Part shown: piece after piece, positions 28,217 to 42,400 of the stretch | Layout: every line of letters begins with the position of its first letter | Numbering within the stretch: the first letter of the stretch is position 1 | Origin: Styela clava | Lineage: Eukaryota | Direction of reading: 5' to 3' | NCBI RefSeq assembly: GCF_964204865.1 | Contig: NC_135253.1 | Coordinates: 2,728,001-2,792,000 of the forward strand | DNA length: 64,000 nucleotides | Program-made: the position numbers and the translations under genes | The notes under the pieces: model-generated | Databases searched by the model: none | Seen by the model: the letters and a program-made list of their open reading frames with translations, nothing else | Told to the model about the DNA's origin: nothing

Positions 28217-28705
28217 CAGGGTCAGCAATCTGTGGTTCGGATCCAGCCCGCGGAGTAATATAATTCTGCCCGCGACGCTTCACTGAATTATAGTAATAAA
28301 ACGGCCGTTTTGACGATCATATTCTTTACGTGACAGAATTTATTGTGAGACACTTGTAGACTAAATTATATCATAGCCTAACTATTTAGTGGGCCACTCG
28401 TTTAATGAGCCTATAATTTAATTATGATTAGACAAATGGCAACAAAATGCAGAAAAGTTGATGATGAGTGCAAAGGGTTCAATGGCGCCCAATATATTCA
28501 AATGGAATTTTTTGAGATACAATGCAATGAGGAAATAAATCTATTTTCTTTTTGAGAGATGTATCACTGCTTGATTTTCAATAAAAAAAGTATCATTCGT
28601 TCGGTTTTCAACTTTCTAAAAATATGTGCGGCCCGCTAATGACTTGCGGTTGCTACCCTTAATGTTGGCCCGCGAGCGACAAAAAGTTGCCGACCCCGAC
28701 CCCTG
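28217..28705. mobile_element. hAT MITE, same family as 6877-7269 (opposite orientation)
   Basis: Ends cagggtcagcaatc / gttgccgacccc; internal blocks match the reverse complement of 6900-7240. Confidence 0.7.
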
Positions 28706-30351
28706 GCGACATAATCGAGCGAAAACGGTCAAGCGAATCTGGGTCATTGCGTTTGCATATCAAGAACCATATTTTGTACCTACTTCAATGAGAATATTTT
28801 TTAATCGGACATCTGTTCGTATAACACTATAAACAACTGCGAAAGAAGGCGCATGATTTTTTATGAAGGCGCTAGATTAGAAGGCGCTACAATTTATAGA
28901 AACCGGGGACAGTGATCCGAATGGTGAGATTGCGATCATCAATGCATCAAAAACAGGGAAGTCTAGTTGCGCACTAAATGAGGACAGATAATCTATCGTG
29001 AACAAAATTACGCAGATGCGACAAGTAATAAATATGAGGTTTGATAGGTTGGAGCATCGCGTAAGAGTACATGAGAGCGCCCCGAGGACCCAACAATGTA
29101 ATAATCAAGTGCCGATGAATCGATTGAGACGCTTCTTATGTATTCATTTTAACAAAGACAGAAATAAATTGAGGACAAGATCATACAAAATTCTCTTCCA
29201 CACTCCAATTTGAACAGCACAAGTTTATATTTTGCATGCATAACATAAACACATATTTTTAAATATTAGCTCTACTAAGAATCAAAAAATCGCTTTAACT
29301 GAGTTGCGTGGTTCAATCATTGGACGAAATGATTGCTGGTATTTTGCAGTATGGAGTGCCCACTCGCCCTCAGAAGCCGCTACCTTGTAGTATATTTTAG
29401 GAAGTTCTGCTTGTGAAAAAGTCATCGTACTTTGGTTCCCCAAAATGCTTATTTCAAAATTCCCCTTTTTTCCGCTCGCGCCATGATTCAGATTTTTCCC
29501 CAAAATACTAAAATAGTAACATGTCAACTATGAGTAAGTTTTATCGTGTCATTTGACATCAAGAGTCCGGTCCGACAAATTGTAAAAAGTGAAACCCATA
29601 TTTTTTTTCCTGTTATTCCACTTCACCACGTTCATATTATATTCTATTGTGATAATTAAATTGTAAATTCAATAATTTCATTTAAGACGAAATAAACAAG
29701 TATCGGTCAGATCATCGTGGCCAAAGAAAGATTCGCAAAGCTAATTACGCACTCACGTCGAATACTGGCTATGTTTGTCAGTACTTAAATTTGCGAGCAG
29801 TTTTTCAACTATAAAAGTTAGCAAGTCAGCCCTCCGCACACGACTAACGGTCAACATTTGTATGCTCTATTAGGACTAGCAAACCAAGGCAAAATAAGGT
29901 CAAACATCGAGTCTCTTTCTCTTACGGCTGAAAAACGATGTCAAATATCCAACATAAGTAAATAAATATGTTTCATGTCTCGTTTGTTCTAAGATTCAAG
30001 AGTAATTCCACTAAATACAGATTTTTCTTTTTTATGTATCAATTTTGTACTTAATTTGTTGGTTTGTCGCCCGCGTCGTCAATGAGGTTCAAAAAGTGGC
30101 CCATGACATATTTTAAGTTGGATACCCCTAGTCTAAATTATTGTTTAACCCTAAAACTGAGCAGCAAGTGCGTCACAGTAACCCTGCCTATAGGCGTACA
30201 TTCATCGGATATGCATCTCGAGTAATGACTTTTTAGTGATGATAAAACAGCGTACTAGTTTCTAGAATATTGCGTTTGAAACCTCATAGTAGCTCTTTCT
30301 TGTTTTCCAATAATTCCTCTTGTTATTCTCACGCTTTGTAATGATATTTAT

Positions 30352-31310
30352 CAGGGTGGTCCAAGGTTGCGAGGTTGATGGGCCGCAAAAACGCGTGAGG
30401 ACGTCTCGCGGGCCGCAGTCGGAGACAACCCGGAAGTGATCAAAACATCGCAAGTTTACTCACTTTAAATATATATATATATATATTTAGGAATAAGAGT
30501 TTATCGTTCTAATCAGTTTTTCAAGGAAACTATATAAAGCTTTAGATATTTTAAAATTGCTTCTCGAGAAATACCATGGCCATTTCGGTATCATTTCTCG
30601 TGTTTGGTTTTGTAATGTCGCACAAAATTATATTTTTCGTAACGGATATTACTTGAAAACACCTGAGACACTGTGGTTTAACGTTGGTATGGGTTAGGAA
30701 ATACATTTCCTCTCAGTTTTCTTCGCTCACCTTTTTTCTACACTCATTGTATGGTGAATTGTTATATTTGGAGTCAGCAGGCCTAGTGCTGCCGTCAAAA
30801 AACAAGCAAGTCTGTTTTAGTTGGGACCTCGGACCCATATATATATATATATAAAAAACTTGATCGTGCGGGGCTAAGTCAGCTCTGCGGTTCGTCACTG
30901 CTGACACATGGCCAACGCCTGAAAATAGAGGAGTGTTTGTACTAAAATAAAGGCACAAAACGCCTCTTCAAATGATGAGTCACCGTACTTGACGCGAGCT
31001 CATCCCATCGCCTTGGCCCTGTCTGCACAAAACAATTTATTCTCCTTTTATCGGCCACGGGACGTTCATTCCCATATAGGCACAGTCTTGACGCTTATAA
31101 ATACAACAATGAAATTCCGTGATTTTAACGAAAATCTAACCCGACATCGGGATTAGGGGAAGGACTATTTCCAGTTGGAATAGTTCAAAAATAAATCAAA
31201 ATTGTTCTATTGAAAAATACAAATATCTGCCAATGGTTTAGTAGTGTGCGGTAAAATTGCTCTGCGGGCCGCACGGAGTGTGTCGGCGGCCCGCAGTTTG
31301 GACCACCCTG
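30352..31310. mobile_element. hAT-type MITE; truncated inverted copy at ~31831-32480
   Basis: TIR cagggtggtccaa / ttggaccaccctg; internal sequence matches the reverse complement of 31831-32480. Confidence 0.7.
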
Positions 31311-33522
31311 ATATAGTCTATTCTATATGATTTTGTCATAGAAACCAAAATTAACATATGCATGTTTGTCTTTCCGTATTTCTCAAAGTATATTTACGCT
31401 TTAATACGTACATCAAACATGCACTTCGGGTAACCGATATGCTCAATTTTTTTTATATCATGTCCTTTTATCGGCGATAAACTCGATTTTCTTTCAAACT
31501 GTGCTTGGCTGGTGTCTATCTAGATCAAGCTCGTGCGACTACCGGTACTTTGAACACTACATTTAAACCTCATCAAAAGTTTGCTTGTTTCAGATTAATT
31601 TGATTACTAGCGTTTATCAAGTCTATTATAACAATTGTTATACCATTCTCGCTTTTCCTTAAGTGCTTACTTTTCTATTGCATAGGTGCGCTTAGCTAGT
31701 AATTTTATTGTATAGGGAGGGTGTCCCTGGCCTAGAGTCTTAATTTTTTTTTTAATTGTGAGAGAATTCATCGATAAATATTGTTTTGGCCCTCACAGAT
31801 GTATTAATTAAATGAATTAAAATACCTAAACCAGAGTGGTTCAAACCGCGGACGCATTCCGCGTGGCCCACAGAACAATTTTAGCGTGCATTAAAACCAT
31901 TGGCATTTTTGAGTTATTTTTCCATCCAGCCCTTTTTCTAATCCCGATGTCGGGATTGACGTTTCCCGGAGTTTCAATGTTGTATCTGTAAACGTCAAGA
32001 CAGTGCTATTATGGGAATGACGTCCTGCGATCTGTACAAGAAGAATAAATAGCCTAATTAACGCCGCGCGATCCAGTTTTTGTAGCTGGCTCAGGAGTCT
32101 AAACTAAGACGGACTTGGCTAGCCCCAGGCCTTCTCACGCTACGAGTAATAAAATTACCCACATATACCAATTCATCATACAATGAGTGTAAAGAGGAGT
32201 GACCGAGGGAAACGTGAGCTATTTTCTTTCCCACAACATCGTTGAACCACAGTGTCTGGTGTGTTTTTAGGTAATATCTGTCACGAAAGAATATAATTTT
32301 AAGCGAAATATAAATCCAAACTCGAGAATATATACCGAAAATACCACGGTATTTCTTGCGAAGCAATTTTAAAATAATTAAAGGCTTATAAGAACGGTAT
32401 TCACGATGTTTTGGTCACTTTTGGGTTTTCTACGACTGCGGCCGGCGGGATCTCACAAGTTTTTGCGACCCGCAAACAACGAAACTGGTTAATGTATATA
32501 TATTGAGGACTGACTCCATAACAAAATTAAAAAGGGACTTTATGGAAACCCTGTATATATGAAAGCAAACTAAATGTGGCAAATATGATCTTTGGGTTGT
32601 AGCAAATTCCATATTGGTGGAACACCCAATACCAATAGGTATTCAATTATATTTAGACAATATGCATATAAATGTTATAAAACCTCGGATGTAAATGTTA
32701 ACTTGCGAACCCCTGAGCTGTATTGTCGGAACCCCGTTTGAAAACCACTGCAATTCAGCATATTATATCATTTTTGTAGTTTTGCTAAGAAGACGTATTG
32801 TTATCCGGGAATATTGGCAACGTCTTGGTGGGTGTGGCGGGTGTCGATGCGTGGTTTAACCAACATTGTTTTTTTCTAGTCATGAAATGCCATTTTCATG
32901 TGTTTTTTTTTTAGTTTCTGTTTGCATCTAGTGTATTTCATTTTGAAGAAAAATAAACTACTGACTGACTTTTCAGATATTTCAAATACTTTTGTCAACG
33001 TTGACAATTTTTATCGTTATTGGACACGTAGTGGACATAACGATCGTTTCAAAATTTTGTTGTTATTGTTATTGGACACGTAGTTGGCATAACGATCGTT
33101 TCAAAATTTTGTTGTTATTGTTATTTTCATTATTATTTGTCTCCATCATTTTTAAAAAAATCGCTTCTCTCTTCGAATACTGGACCAATTGCTTTGAAAT
33201 TTTCAGTTGTTGAAGATAAAAATTTTCCCCAGAAGGCTATTACTTTTATTCATTTTAAATATTTCTGTGAGCTCTGTGAGATTTGTTTTTGTTTGCTATG
33301 ACGTCATTAAACGTTCTGCGCACCTCGGACGCCATTTTGTGCCCTACTGTACTGCTTCGCTTGGTTTGAATATATTTGTAGACTGTGATCTGACGTTACG
33401 GTAAACCGTACTGTAGCCTACTGCGAACAGACGTGTTCATATATTTGGGCGTAGCTCTCTTGTTTTGGTATTGAGATGGGATGTGGTTATCGGTCTTTCC
33501 TTGTGCATGTCACGGCGTAGAT

Positions 33523-34085
33523 CAGGGTCGTCCAATCCGTGGCCCGCGGAAGCATTTTGAGTGGCCCGCGCTGTATCGAAACCAACTGGGAAGAAATATC
33601 GATAAATAAAGGTGCCATAGCCGCTTACAAACTTGTTTTTTTACCATTCTATTTGACGTTATAGCAAAACAATCGAAGCCATTCTCAGATTAAGAATTCG
33701 TTAGGTGATGTAGGCTATATATATTATGTATTGTTCGGGTTGCCAATGTTTTACGTCCGGAAATAAAAGAGGTGTTTGCAAAAATAGCCTGTCAAGACAG
33801 ACCATAACTCGTCATGTCGAAGAGCTTGAGCACTCTATAGCGGAAACCTTAATAGCAAAAGCGGGAACATTTCCATCGTATTCCTTGGCGCTCAACGAAT
33901 GCACTATCATCAAGGTTACTGCTCAGTTGGCGTTCTTCTTGCGGCGAGTTAATAGTGATTTTGAAATTACCGCAGAGCTTTTATTAACCTGTAGTCAGTG
34001 TAGCAAAACTAGAACATAAGATGACCCGCGCAATTATTAGTAAACTACATGTGGCCCTTTGGCCAAAAAAGGTTGGACGACCCCG
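33523..34085 (+). mobile_element. hAT deletion derivative of the same family as 22488-23200, retaining the N-terminal catalytic region
   Basis: TIRs cagggtcgtccaa / ttggacgaccccg; TSD GCGTAGAT/GCGTAGAG; SLSRQTITRHVEEL..YSLALNECT..TAQLAFFLRRVNSDFEITAELL. Confidence 0.8.
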
Positions 34086-34899
34086 GCGTAGAGGGTGGCA
34101 CCAGTCAAATCGGAAAGGATCGTTCCAGACACATGGCAATATGCAGTTGGGTGTATAATTATATATATCTATTGTACAAATCGTTGTTGTGCCGTACCTT
34201 TTCATCCCGTGTATTGTACTAGAGTTTTATTTGTCTATTTCATGTCTGTTGTCCTACTATAACGCAGCAGTCCTAAACTGCAGTTATACTTGCTGGGGTA
34301 CATGTCGCACATCCGTGTCTTACGCCAGTAAGGTCTTGAACATGTATCATGTCTCCATTATAACGTTCAAATAGTATGCAGATAGTGTTACATTTTTAAG
34401 AAAATAAACATACATACATACAATAAAAAGATGCTTGTAGCAGCGTTCATGTATGTGTTATTCAGACGTATGGACTTGAAGGTGTAGGCGCATCGCTTCT
34501 TAGAGTGCTCCGTACGGAGCCTCAGGGATCCGTGAGAGAAACCTAGGGACTCCGCGAGCTATTCGATTACTTGTCAAACTCCTGACTTGGCTATTCCGTA
34601 ACTCTTCAAAGAAGCAATAACAGCATTAATAAAATTTGACAACAGTAGCGTCGGAATATGGCAACGAGGCGTTAATTCAAATATGACATTATCTATAAGC
34701 AGAAGCGCAGCCAGGATTTTTAAAAGGGAGGGGTGGGGGTCTTCGAAATTGGAATTTCCCGGGCAACATTATTTGCGATTAGACCACTCGTTAAACAATG
34801 AGTATTTGGCAGTTCATTTAATCTTCGTCAACACTGCAGGGTAATTTTTGCAATATCGTAATACTGGCTGCAAGAAAGTTCGTTAAACTTGTAAGCTAA

Positions 34900-35560
34900 T
34901 ATATTAGTGAGTATACTAGCAACATACTAACCTAGTAAGTTCTCGCGTTCTTTCAACCATTGTGGTTACATTAAATCGAAAATGCGCTCAACGTTGGCGT
35001 TATGCGAAATAATGCTGAAGTTATATTGTGCGATCTTAATCAGTTCGCTGGTGCTGTAGGTTTTGAAATAATCTGTCCATCTTTCATGTGACATGAGTTT
35101 ACAGTTTTGAATTGAAGTTGCTTTTCTACAAACTTGCAAGTTCTGGAATTGGTCGAACAACTTGGCTTCATTAATCGAAACTTTTTTCTCAAGCAAATAC
35201 TCAGCGTACGGTTCAACAATTCTCCACTCGGTGTTTTGAATCAGAAGCATCCGGTCGAAGAATTTGAATTCCTCAAACGGAACTGTCCATTTTTTGAGAT
35301 ATTGTACACAAGACGCATCTGAGAGCAATACATTACGTCCATTCCATTCGTCTTCCAAGTCTACGCAAGATTTAATTTGGGTTTGTATGAAGTTTTTTTT
35401 TTCTTTCTCCAATCGTCGATTTAGCAGTGTTATGACAATATTTGATTTTAATAATGGAAGCCTTTGAATGTTCCACATGCTTAATTTGATCATTAAACAC
35501 AGCAACAAACAATTGCAAATGCTTTAAATACAACTCACTCACACGATTTTCAAATAATAT
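34900..35560 (-). mobile_element. Degraded hAT-like transposase C-terminal fragment
   Basis: ORF 34966-35508 ends SELIKIAQYNFSIISHNANVERIFDLM (hAT dimerisation-domain-like). Confidence 0.6.
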
Positions 35561-36099
35561 TTTTAAAGCAAAAGGTGGCTATTCAATAGACAGGAAATAT
35601 GATTGCAAGGCAGGGCACATGAATTATGTTAGATTAACTTGGATTAAGTGATACCCATTTGGGAAAGTAGTTTTTTATACTGTGTATCCACAAAGTTACA
35701 ATAATCCTCCAGCTCTTCTGTGCGTACAGTGTATATGCAGAAATACTGGTAAGTTTTGTAAATATTATTTTACACATCAATGCTCATCTGATTGGTTCCA
35801 TGGTGTAAACACTTATTCGAAACGTGTGCAGGGAAACCAACCCCAACCAAATCTGGAAGATCGATTTGCAATCGAGAAAATACGTTATTGCCGACTCGAC
35901 GTCGCGCAGTGCGGACGTATTTGTGAGCATAAAATTGGATACAAGCTATCTTCTGTTTTGTGGATTAAACTGGACACAACACTACATCAATACGGTGAGA
36001 TCGTTTCTTTATATCTGGTCTGTATATACTTCTGTATAAAACGTGACTGAAATCCAGTACAAATTTTTTTCTGAGCGTGACCGTTTATCACGGATAAAG

Positions 36100-37330
36100 C
36101 TGTTTTGAGTTATAAGACGGACGGCGAGGAATCGCCAACCTTTCCGGAGTGGGGAAGAGGAAGGGGGACGATAGTAATTTTAAGGCCCCAAGTAAAGTAA
36201 AAATCCACACAATAAGTCAAGAAAATGACGTCACATACACCTACTTTGTTGTACAGGGTACTCAGAATAAGAGGAGAACGTACAATTCTATAGTTATACA
36301 TAGAAATTTAGTGCAAAACTTTGGAACCTTAAAATCGGTTCGTGTGCTTGGTTCTGGGGATTTAAAAATGGAATGTTCAAACGAAAAGCAAATTAAACTA
36401 TTGTTGGAATATATATGATGATATCGGCGATAGCACAACCAGCATTTCAGTGACGACGGAATTGTTTGTAAACAATTATCAAAAAACTAGAGTGATAATT
36501 AGCGATGTGCCAATTGACATGGCCGATAATTGTTTGTTGGACGCATTAGCTGCTGTTTTGTCTTTTCGAAGGCAAGTTTGTGCAGAGTATACCAGTTCTG
36601 CTTAGTTTTAACACATGCATTGTACCATCAATCGTAATTATCGTATCTATCGGCTTTATGCGATTCAGTACCAGAGTTTGCAACCTTCCGCCGATTCGTT
36701 GTTTTAAATGCATTAGATTGACAATGTAGCTAAAAATTGTCGTAGTTCAATTCACATCGCTGCATATGGTGGCTGCGAAGCATATAATCGGGAACGATTG
36801 ATTCAGAAAACAATTGCGACTACAAAACTACCGTATGAGGAGGCAAAGAACCATATTAGAGCAAACTTTTTCAGAACACATGCAATTTTCAGCAAGTGAA
36901 ATGATTTTCCGGCTCTTCCCAGTTGTTATGATTAGAAAGATATATTGTTAACATACAAGTCATCTCAACAAGCGCCTATTATCGATCAATCTAATCAAGT
37001 AAAAGAAGATAAGAATGCACCTATATCTCTGGACCCAATACAATTTTTTGATAAAAAATACGTTTGAGGTTTCTTGAAGTGGAAAAGAATGTGATGTTTA
37101 CTCTATTGTCTCGATTTCCGCTGGCGCTCAATTTGGTTTCGATGTCGACGCTGGCAACCTTAAAAATGCAATAAAACAGCATTCAACCAAAAAATAAAAC
37201 TAACTATCATCCAATAGAATATACCGGAACCTGGGAGAAATAAAATTTTTAATTCGTGCTTCACAACCAAAACCTGACTTGATAGCCCTTCAAGAAAGCA
37301 ATCTGATAGGATGCTTGTTATCTTAAAAGC
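36100..37330 (+). mobile_element. LINE (I-clade-like) 5' part: ORF1 gag-like and start of APE endonuclease
   Basis: NFGTLKSVRVLGSGDLKMECSNEKQIKLLL; LPPIRCFKC knuckle at ~36685-36710; TIIQ*NI..PKPDLIALQES at ~37203-37300. Confidence 0.7.
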
Positions 37331-37871
37331 AATCCTGAATAGAGCTCAGTTAAAAAAAAAGCACAAACTCTCGATTAACTATAGTTTAACCCAGCACACA
37401 AAATTCCCTCTGACCCAGTTAGGGCCCTAATTCGGCCCTAAAAAACGTTAGGGGTTTCGGCATAATAATCGTGTCTAAAATTGTACAAATTTCTACAAAA
37501 TAATAACGTAAAAAACATAAAATTGTAAGATAACAAAGAATTTATAACATAAATAATTGAGTGAATTGAGGTTATCTCTGATGCTAAAATAGTAATTCGA
37601 TTTTCACTAAAAATAACATATATAATAAAGATGATAGCAATGAAGTCAGTATATACTTATTTGTTTCTTTTTTTGTCATTTTTTTTTTCTGAAATATTTA
37701 TTCAAGTATATATATTCACCAAAGATAAATTTACATTTTATATAAGAAAAACATATTACCAAGAGAGGTGAAAATTTCAAGAAGGAGGATTGGGGTATAG
37801 ATTGGTTGGGTCATTGGAAGTATGGGGGGAATGTGTAGGTACAACAGTCCTGAGTGTCTTCTCTATTTGTT

Positions 37872-38715
37872 CTATTTAACTTTGGGCCAGGTTTTACAGG
37901 AATAAGTTCCAGAGCGGGGTTTTTTAAATCTACCGAAAAATTGCCTAGTTCTGTTATATACCGGCGTTGTTGAGGATCTTATTGGTATTGGTATCATACG
38001 CTTTATGAAGAATATGGTCAATACAATACCCCGAAACATAGCTATGTGCCATGCCAGCATGTATATGGCCGATAAAATCGGATGACTATAATAAATGATT
38101 TCAACTTTGTTTTTATTTATATTAAATTGATTGTTAGTATTGGATTTGAAGGACGGCTTGTGTTCCAATAATATCTTTTCGTTGATCAAGTTCAGATGAT
38201 TGATCGAAATTAGAATATTATTGAAATCTTCAAAGCCCGAGTGTCCTCCATGGAGCATATCTTTGAACATCTTTTGATATTCCACGACTTAAGGTTTTCA
38301 TTGATTCTTGTTAAAGTAGGCTATAAGATTGTATGTGGGCATGTGTATGAGTAAGAGTATAAGTTATATAAGTATAGTATCGCCCATTGATTGAAAAAGT
38401 AGACGTTCGTCCAGAAACGTAGTCTCCAAAAAATGTATACCTGCGTAGACATTCGTATCTGTGAATGGTATCATGGTATTATTATTTTTGTTTAGAAAAG
38501 TTACGATTGGCCTTGTCGCATACGTATTATTATAATATAATGAACGTAATATAGTAACATTTATATTCTCACAGTGTATTTCTGTGAGGATATCCCCTAC
38601 CGTTATAGCAGCATGTTTGCCTCCTAACACTTTATTCAAAATTTGACCTGGATATTGTTTGTTAATAATTGTACAATAATTATTTAGTAGTGCAAGCATA
38701 TTGACAGTTAAAATT
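37872..38715 (-). pseudogene. Env-like glycoprotein C-terminal half (copy C), gB-like; frameshifted
   Basis: KQYPGQILNKVLGGKHAAITVGDILTEIHCENINVTILRSL..YATRPIVTF..; hydrophobic TM PILSAIYMLAWHIAMFRGIVLTIFFI; clearly paralogous to 48010-48800. Confidence 0.75.
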
Positions 38716-39469
38716 TTTTTATGTATTGTAATGGTACAAAAAATAGTGGAACCTAATGTTATTAACGTAAAAGAAAGTAATATAAAGTTCAGGCAATTAA
38801 TATTTAACAGATAAAAAATATGTTAACGTACGTAAGAGATAATGCAAATGGAGAACGCACTGGCGACAAAAGAACTAAGAGCTGAGACTTTTTCTAGAGG
38901 CGTAGATGCCGCTTGCTTTGTATAATATTGGTTGGCATAATATGTACCTTTTGATTCGCATTTGACAAGGTCGTTCAACTTTGCCACCGTTATTTAAATG
39001 AGATAGATAGTAGCGCATCATATACCTATTTTGTGAATGGGGCCACCAGAGTATTGCCAAACAATAAAATTGTACCAGTGTAATGTAATGTGTATAATGA
39101 GGGAATATGTTTTCGTCGAAAAATGGAAATACAATATTATAATAACACAATATTACGCAAGAGTTCTAATTAACAAACCATGTAAATGCAATTCTGTTTT
39201 AATCGTTATGAAATTCTAATTTAGGCTATTTGTATTATTTCGTTCTTAAAAATAAATGATTCTGTTGTACAATGACCTCGCCACGTTTCAAAATAACAAA
39301 TTAGTAATTAGCCAGTTAGGGTTCGGGGTAGGAACGGTTTGGAAATTTGAATTTCCAGCGCAATCTGCATTCTGGGCCAAACCTTAACTGAATGATTCCT
39401 ATTTTTTTTTTTAATTTTTGAGCGTGGAAAGGGGTGTTTTGTTTAGTGGGGGCTTTGTACGAAAGATCC

Positions 39470-42400
39470 AAATTAATATATGACCCGATAAAATATCTTA
39501 TGATATTGTGAATTTTTTGCGGACTTTATATATATATACACCCTTTCCATTGTGTTATATTGTTTTAAAATATAGCTCGCAGTAAGCATGGGTGCCATGA
39601 AATGCAAGTTTACCCGAAAAGATTCTAAAAATGGTTTATTTTTTTGTAGCCTATATATCGCATCGACCAGTAATTGTCCAATGTCGGAATAACTTTTTGG
39701 AAACGAGGTGGACCTGTCCATCGTTTTGTCATTCTGTATTCTTATTATCGTTGTTATGAAAAAAAATCGCTTTTCTATCTTTGGAACGCAAAAGATCGTG
39801 TTTTTTCTGAAAAAAAGTACTGAGAATTTGTTGGATGCCTAGGAACTCTACATACTACTTCTCCTTTGTCGTTTTTCCGCTTCAAGCAGCGTTCTCCCGC
39901 TCTCGAATAATCATGCGTTGACATTTTGAGATACAACTTTTTGAGGTCATCGAAGTCGGAGGAATTTTCAACGATGCTTTTCTTCATGAGTGAATGACGC
40001 GTGACCCCGAACCGTTCGTCATTAAAAACAGTTTCGGGATTGCAAGAAATGCGACCCAGTGTTGTTTCCTCATCTTCGTCGAATAAAGCAGCGCCAATGC
40101 GGACGTGTGCTCTGTTGCCAGGTGATCCAGTTGATTGAAATTCCAAGCGGGCAAACATATGCTGTATTGGTCCAGCAGGCTGGTTTGGGCTGTTAACAAG
40201 ATATTTAAAAAAACGTTAATGAAACGAAGCCACATTCTATTAATCATACCCATGTTAGCATTATAAATTTGTGAATAATCAGAACTATACTTGCTCATTT
40301 TTTTCATACTACCGATAATCCGCATGATTCCTGGAGTGTGTACTTCGTTACATGTCATTGTCATCCAGTATTTCCAGGGATATTTTGCAGTGAGCGCTGT
40401 CAACTCCCGAATTTTAACATTGCTGTCAGAAACAGCGTAGGGAAGAGAGCTGTCTTGCGCTAAGCAGTGAAGCGATCTATTATCGGCGATATGTTCAAGT
40501 CCTCGTCTAATAACAAAGTTCAGATGGATGACTAATTAGTTTATCGTTGAGCTGATCAAAATAGGTATGCAAATTAGAATATTGTTGACTCGAAGGAAAA
40601 TGGTGATCGCGTATGCAGATCATATCATCTTTGAACCGTAGATATCTCGAAGTGCGAGAGGCGGATGCAGGACAGAATGTTCTTGATGCATGGCGCCAAC
40701 AGGGGAATTCCTTTCATCCCACAGAAAGTGGTCGGGAGATGTTGTGCTTCAGGAAAAAGTAAAGATGTTGTTGCGGACTCACTGGTACCAGAAAAGTGAT
40801 GAAGTAAGTTTTGTGTCTTCGCATTTTTTGTGTGGCGTACGTTTTTTTTAGAACCTGAAAAGTGTCATTCAGTAAAAAATGCAAAGGAAAGAAATCACTG
40901 CCAGCATTGAATGTAGGAATATTTGTTGCGAGAATGTGCAATAGACAATAAATATCGTGTTTTTCCTGAAAAAAGTACTGAGAATATGTTGGATGCCTAG
41001 GAAGTCTACATACTACCTCTCCTTTGTCGTTTTTCCGCTTCAAGCAGCGTTCTCCCGCTCTCGAATATTCATGCGTTGACATTTTGAGATACAACTTTTT
41101 GAGGTCATCGAAGTCGGAAGAATTTTCGACGATGCCTTTCTTCAGGAGCGAATGACGCGTGACCCTGAACCGTTCGTCATTAAACACAGTTTCGGGATTG
41201 CAAGAAATGCGACCCAGTGTTGTTTCCTCATCTTCGTCGAATAAAGCAGCGCCAATGTGGACGTGTGCTTTGTTGCCAGGGGATCCAGTTGATTGAAATT
41301 CCAAGCGGGCAAACATATGCTGTATTGGTCCAGCAGGCTGGTTTGGGCTGTTAACAAGATACCTAAAAAAAACGTTAATGAAACGAAGCCCCATTCTATT
41401 AATCATACCCATGTTAGCATTATAAATTCGTGAATAATCAGAACGATACTTGCTCATTTTTTTCATACTACCGATAATCCGCATGATTCCTGGAGTGTGT
41501 ACTTCGTTACATGTCATTGTCATCCAGTATTGCCAGGGATATTTTGCAGTGAGCGCTGTCAACTCCCGAATTTTAACATTGCTGTCAGATTCATCGTAGG
41601 GAAGAGAGCTGTCTTGCGCTAAACAGTGAAGCGATCTATTATCGGCGATATGTTCAAGTCTTCGTCTAATAACAAAGTTCAGATGAATGACTATTTAGTT
41701 TATCGTTGAGCTTAAGATCAAAATAAGTATGCAAATTAGAATATTGTTGACTCGAAGGAAGATGGTGATCGCGTATGCAGATCATATCATCTTTGAACCG
41801 TAGATATCTCGAAGTGCGAGAGGCGGATGCACGACAGAATGTTCTTGATGCATGACGCCAACAGGAGAATTCCTTTCATTCCACAGAAAGTGGTCGGGAG
41901 ATGTTGTGCTTCAGGAAAAAGTAAAGATGTTGTTGCGGACTCACTGGTACCAGAAAAGTGATGAAGTAAGTTTTGAGCCTTCGCATTTTTTCTATGGCGT
42001 ACGTTTTTTTTTTTAGAACCTGAAAAGTGTCATTCAGTAAAAAATACAAAGGAAAGAAATCACTGCCAGCATTGAATGTAGGAACATTTGTTGCGAGAAT
42101 GTGCAATGGACAATAAATATCGTGTTTTCCCGAAAAAGTACTGAGAATTTGTTGGATGCCTAGGAACTCTACCTACTACCTCTCCTTTGTCGTTTTTCCG
42201 CTTCAAGCAGCGTTCTCCCGCTCTCGAATAATCATGCGTTGACATTTTGAGATACAAATTTTTGAGGTCATCAAAGTCGGAGGAATTTTCAACGATGCCT
42301 TTCTTCAGGAGTGAATGACGCGTGACCCCGAACCGTTCGTCATTAAACACAGTTTCGGGATTGCAAGAAATGCGACCCAGTGTTGTTACCTCATCTTCGT

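Larger units (their letters stand above)
23560..29130 (+). mobile_element. Second (plus-strand) copy of the Gypsy relic at 1960-6830, carrying nested Penelope, hAT and MITE insertions
   Basis: Reverse-complement matches: 23560-23660~6700-6830; 23800-23940~3100-3270; 23960-24590~1960-2600; 25790-26363~5935-6500; 27572-28200~5300-5930; 28760-29130~4270-4640. Confidence 0.7.

Noticed and set aside
37380-37450. PPT/3' LTR for env copy C
   Set aside because: AGAGGGAATTTTGTG on the minus strand is suggestive, but there is no partner LTR in the window to confirm it
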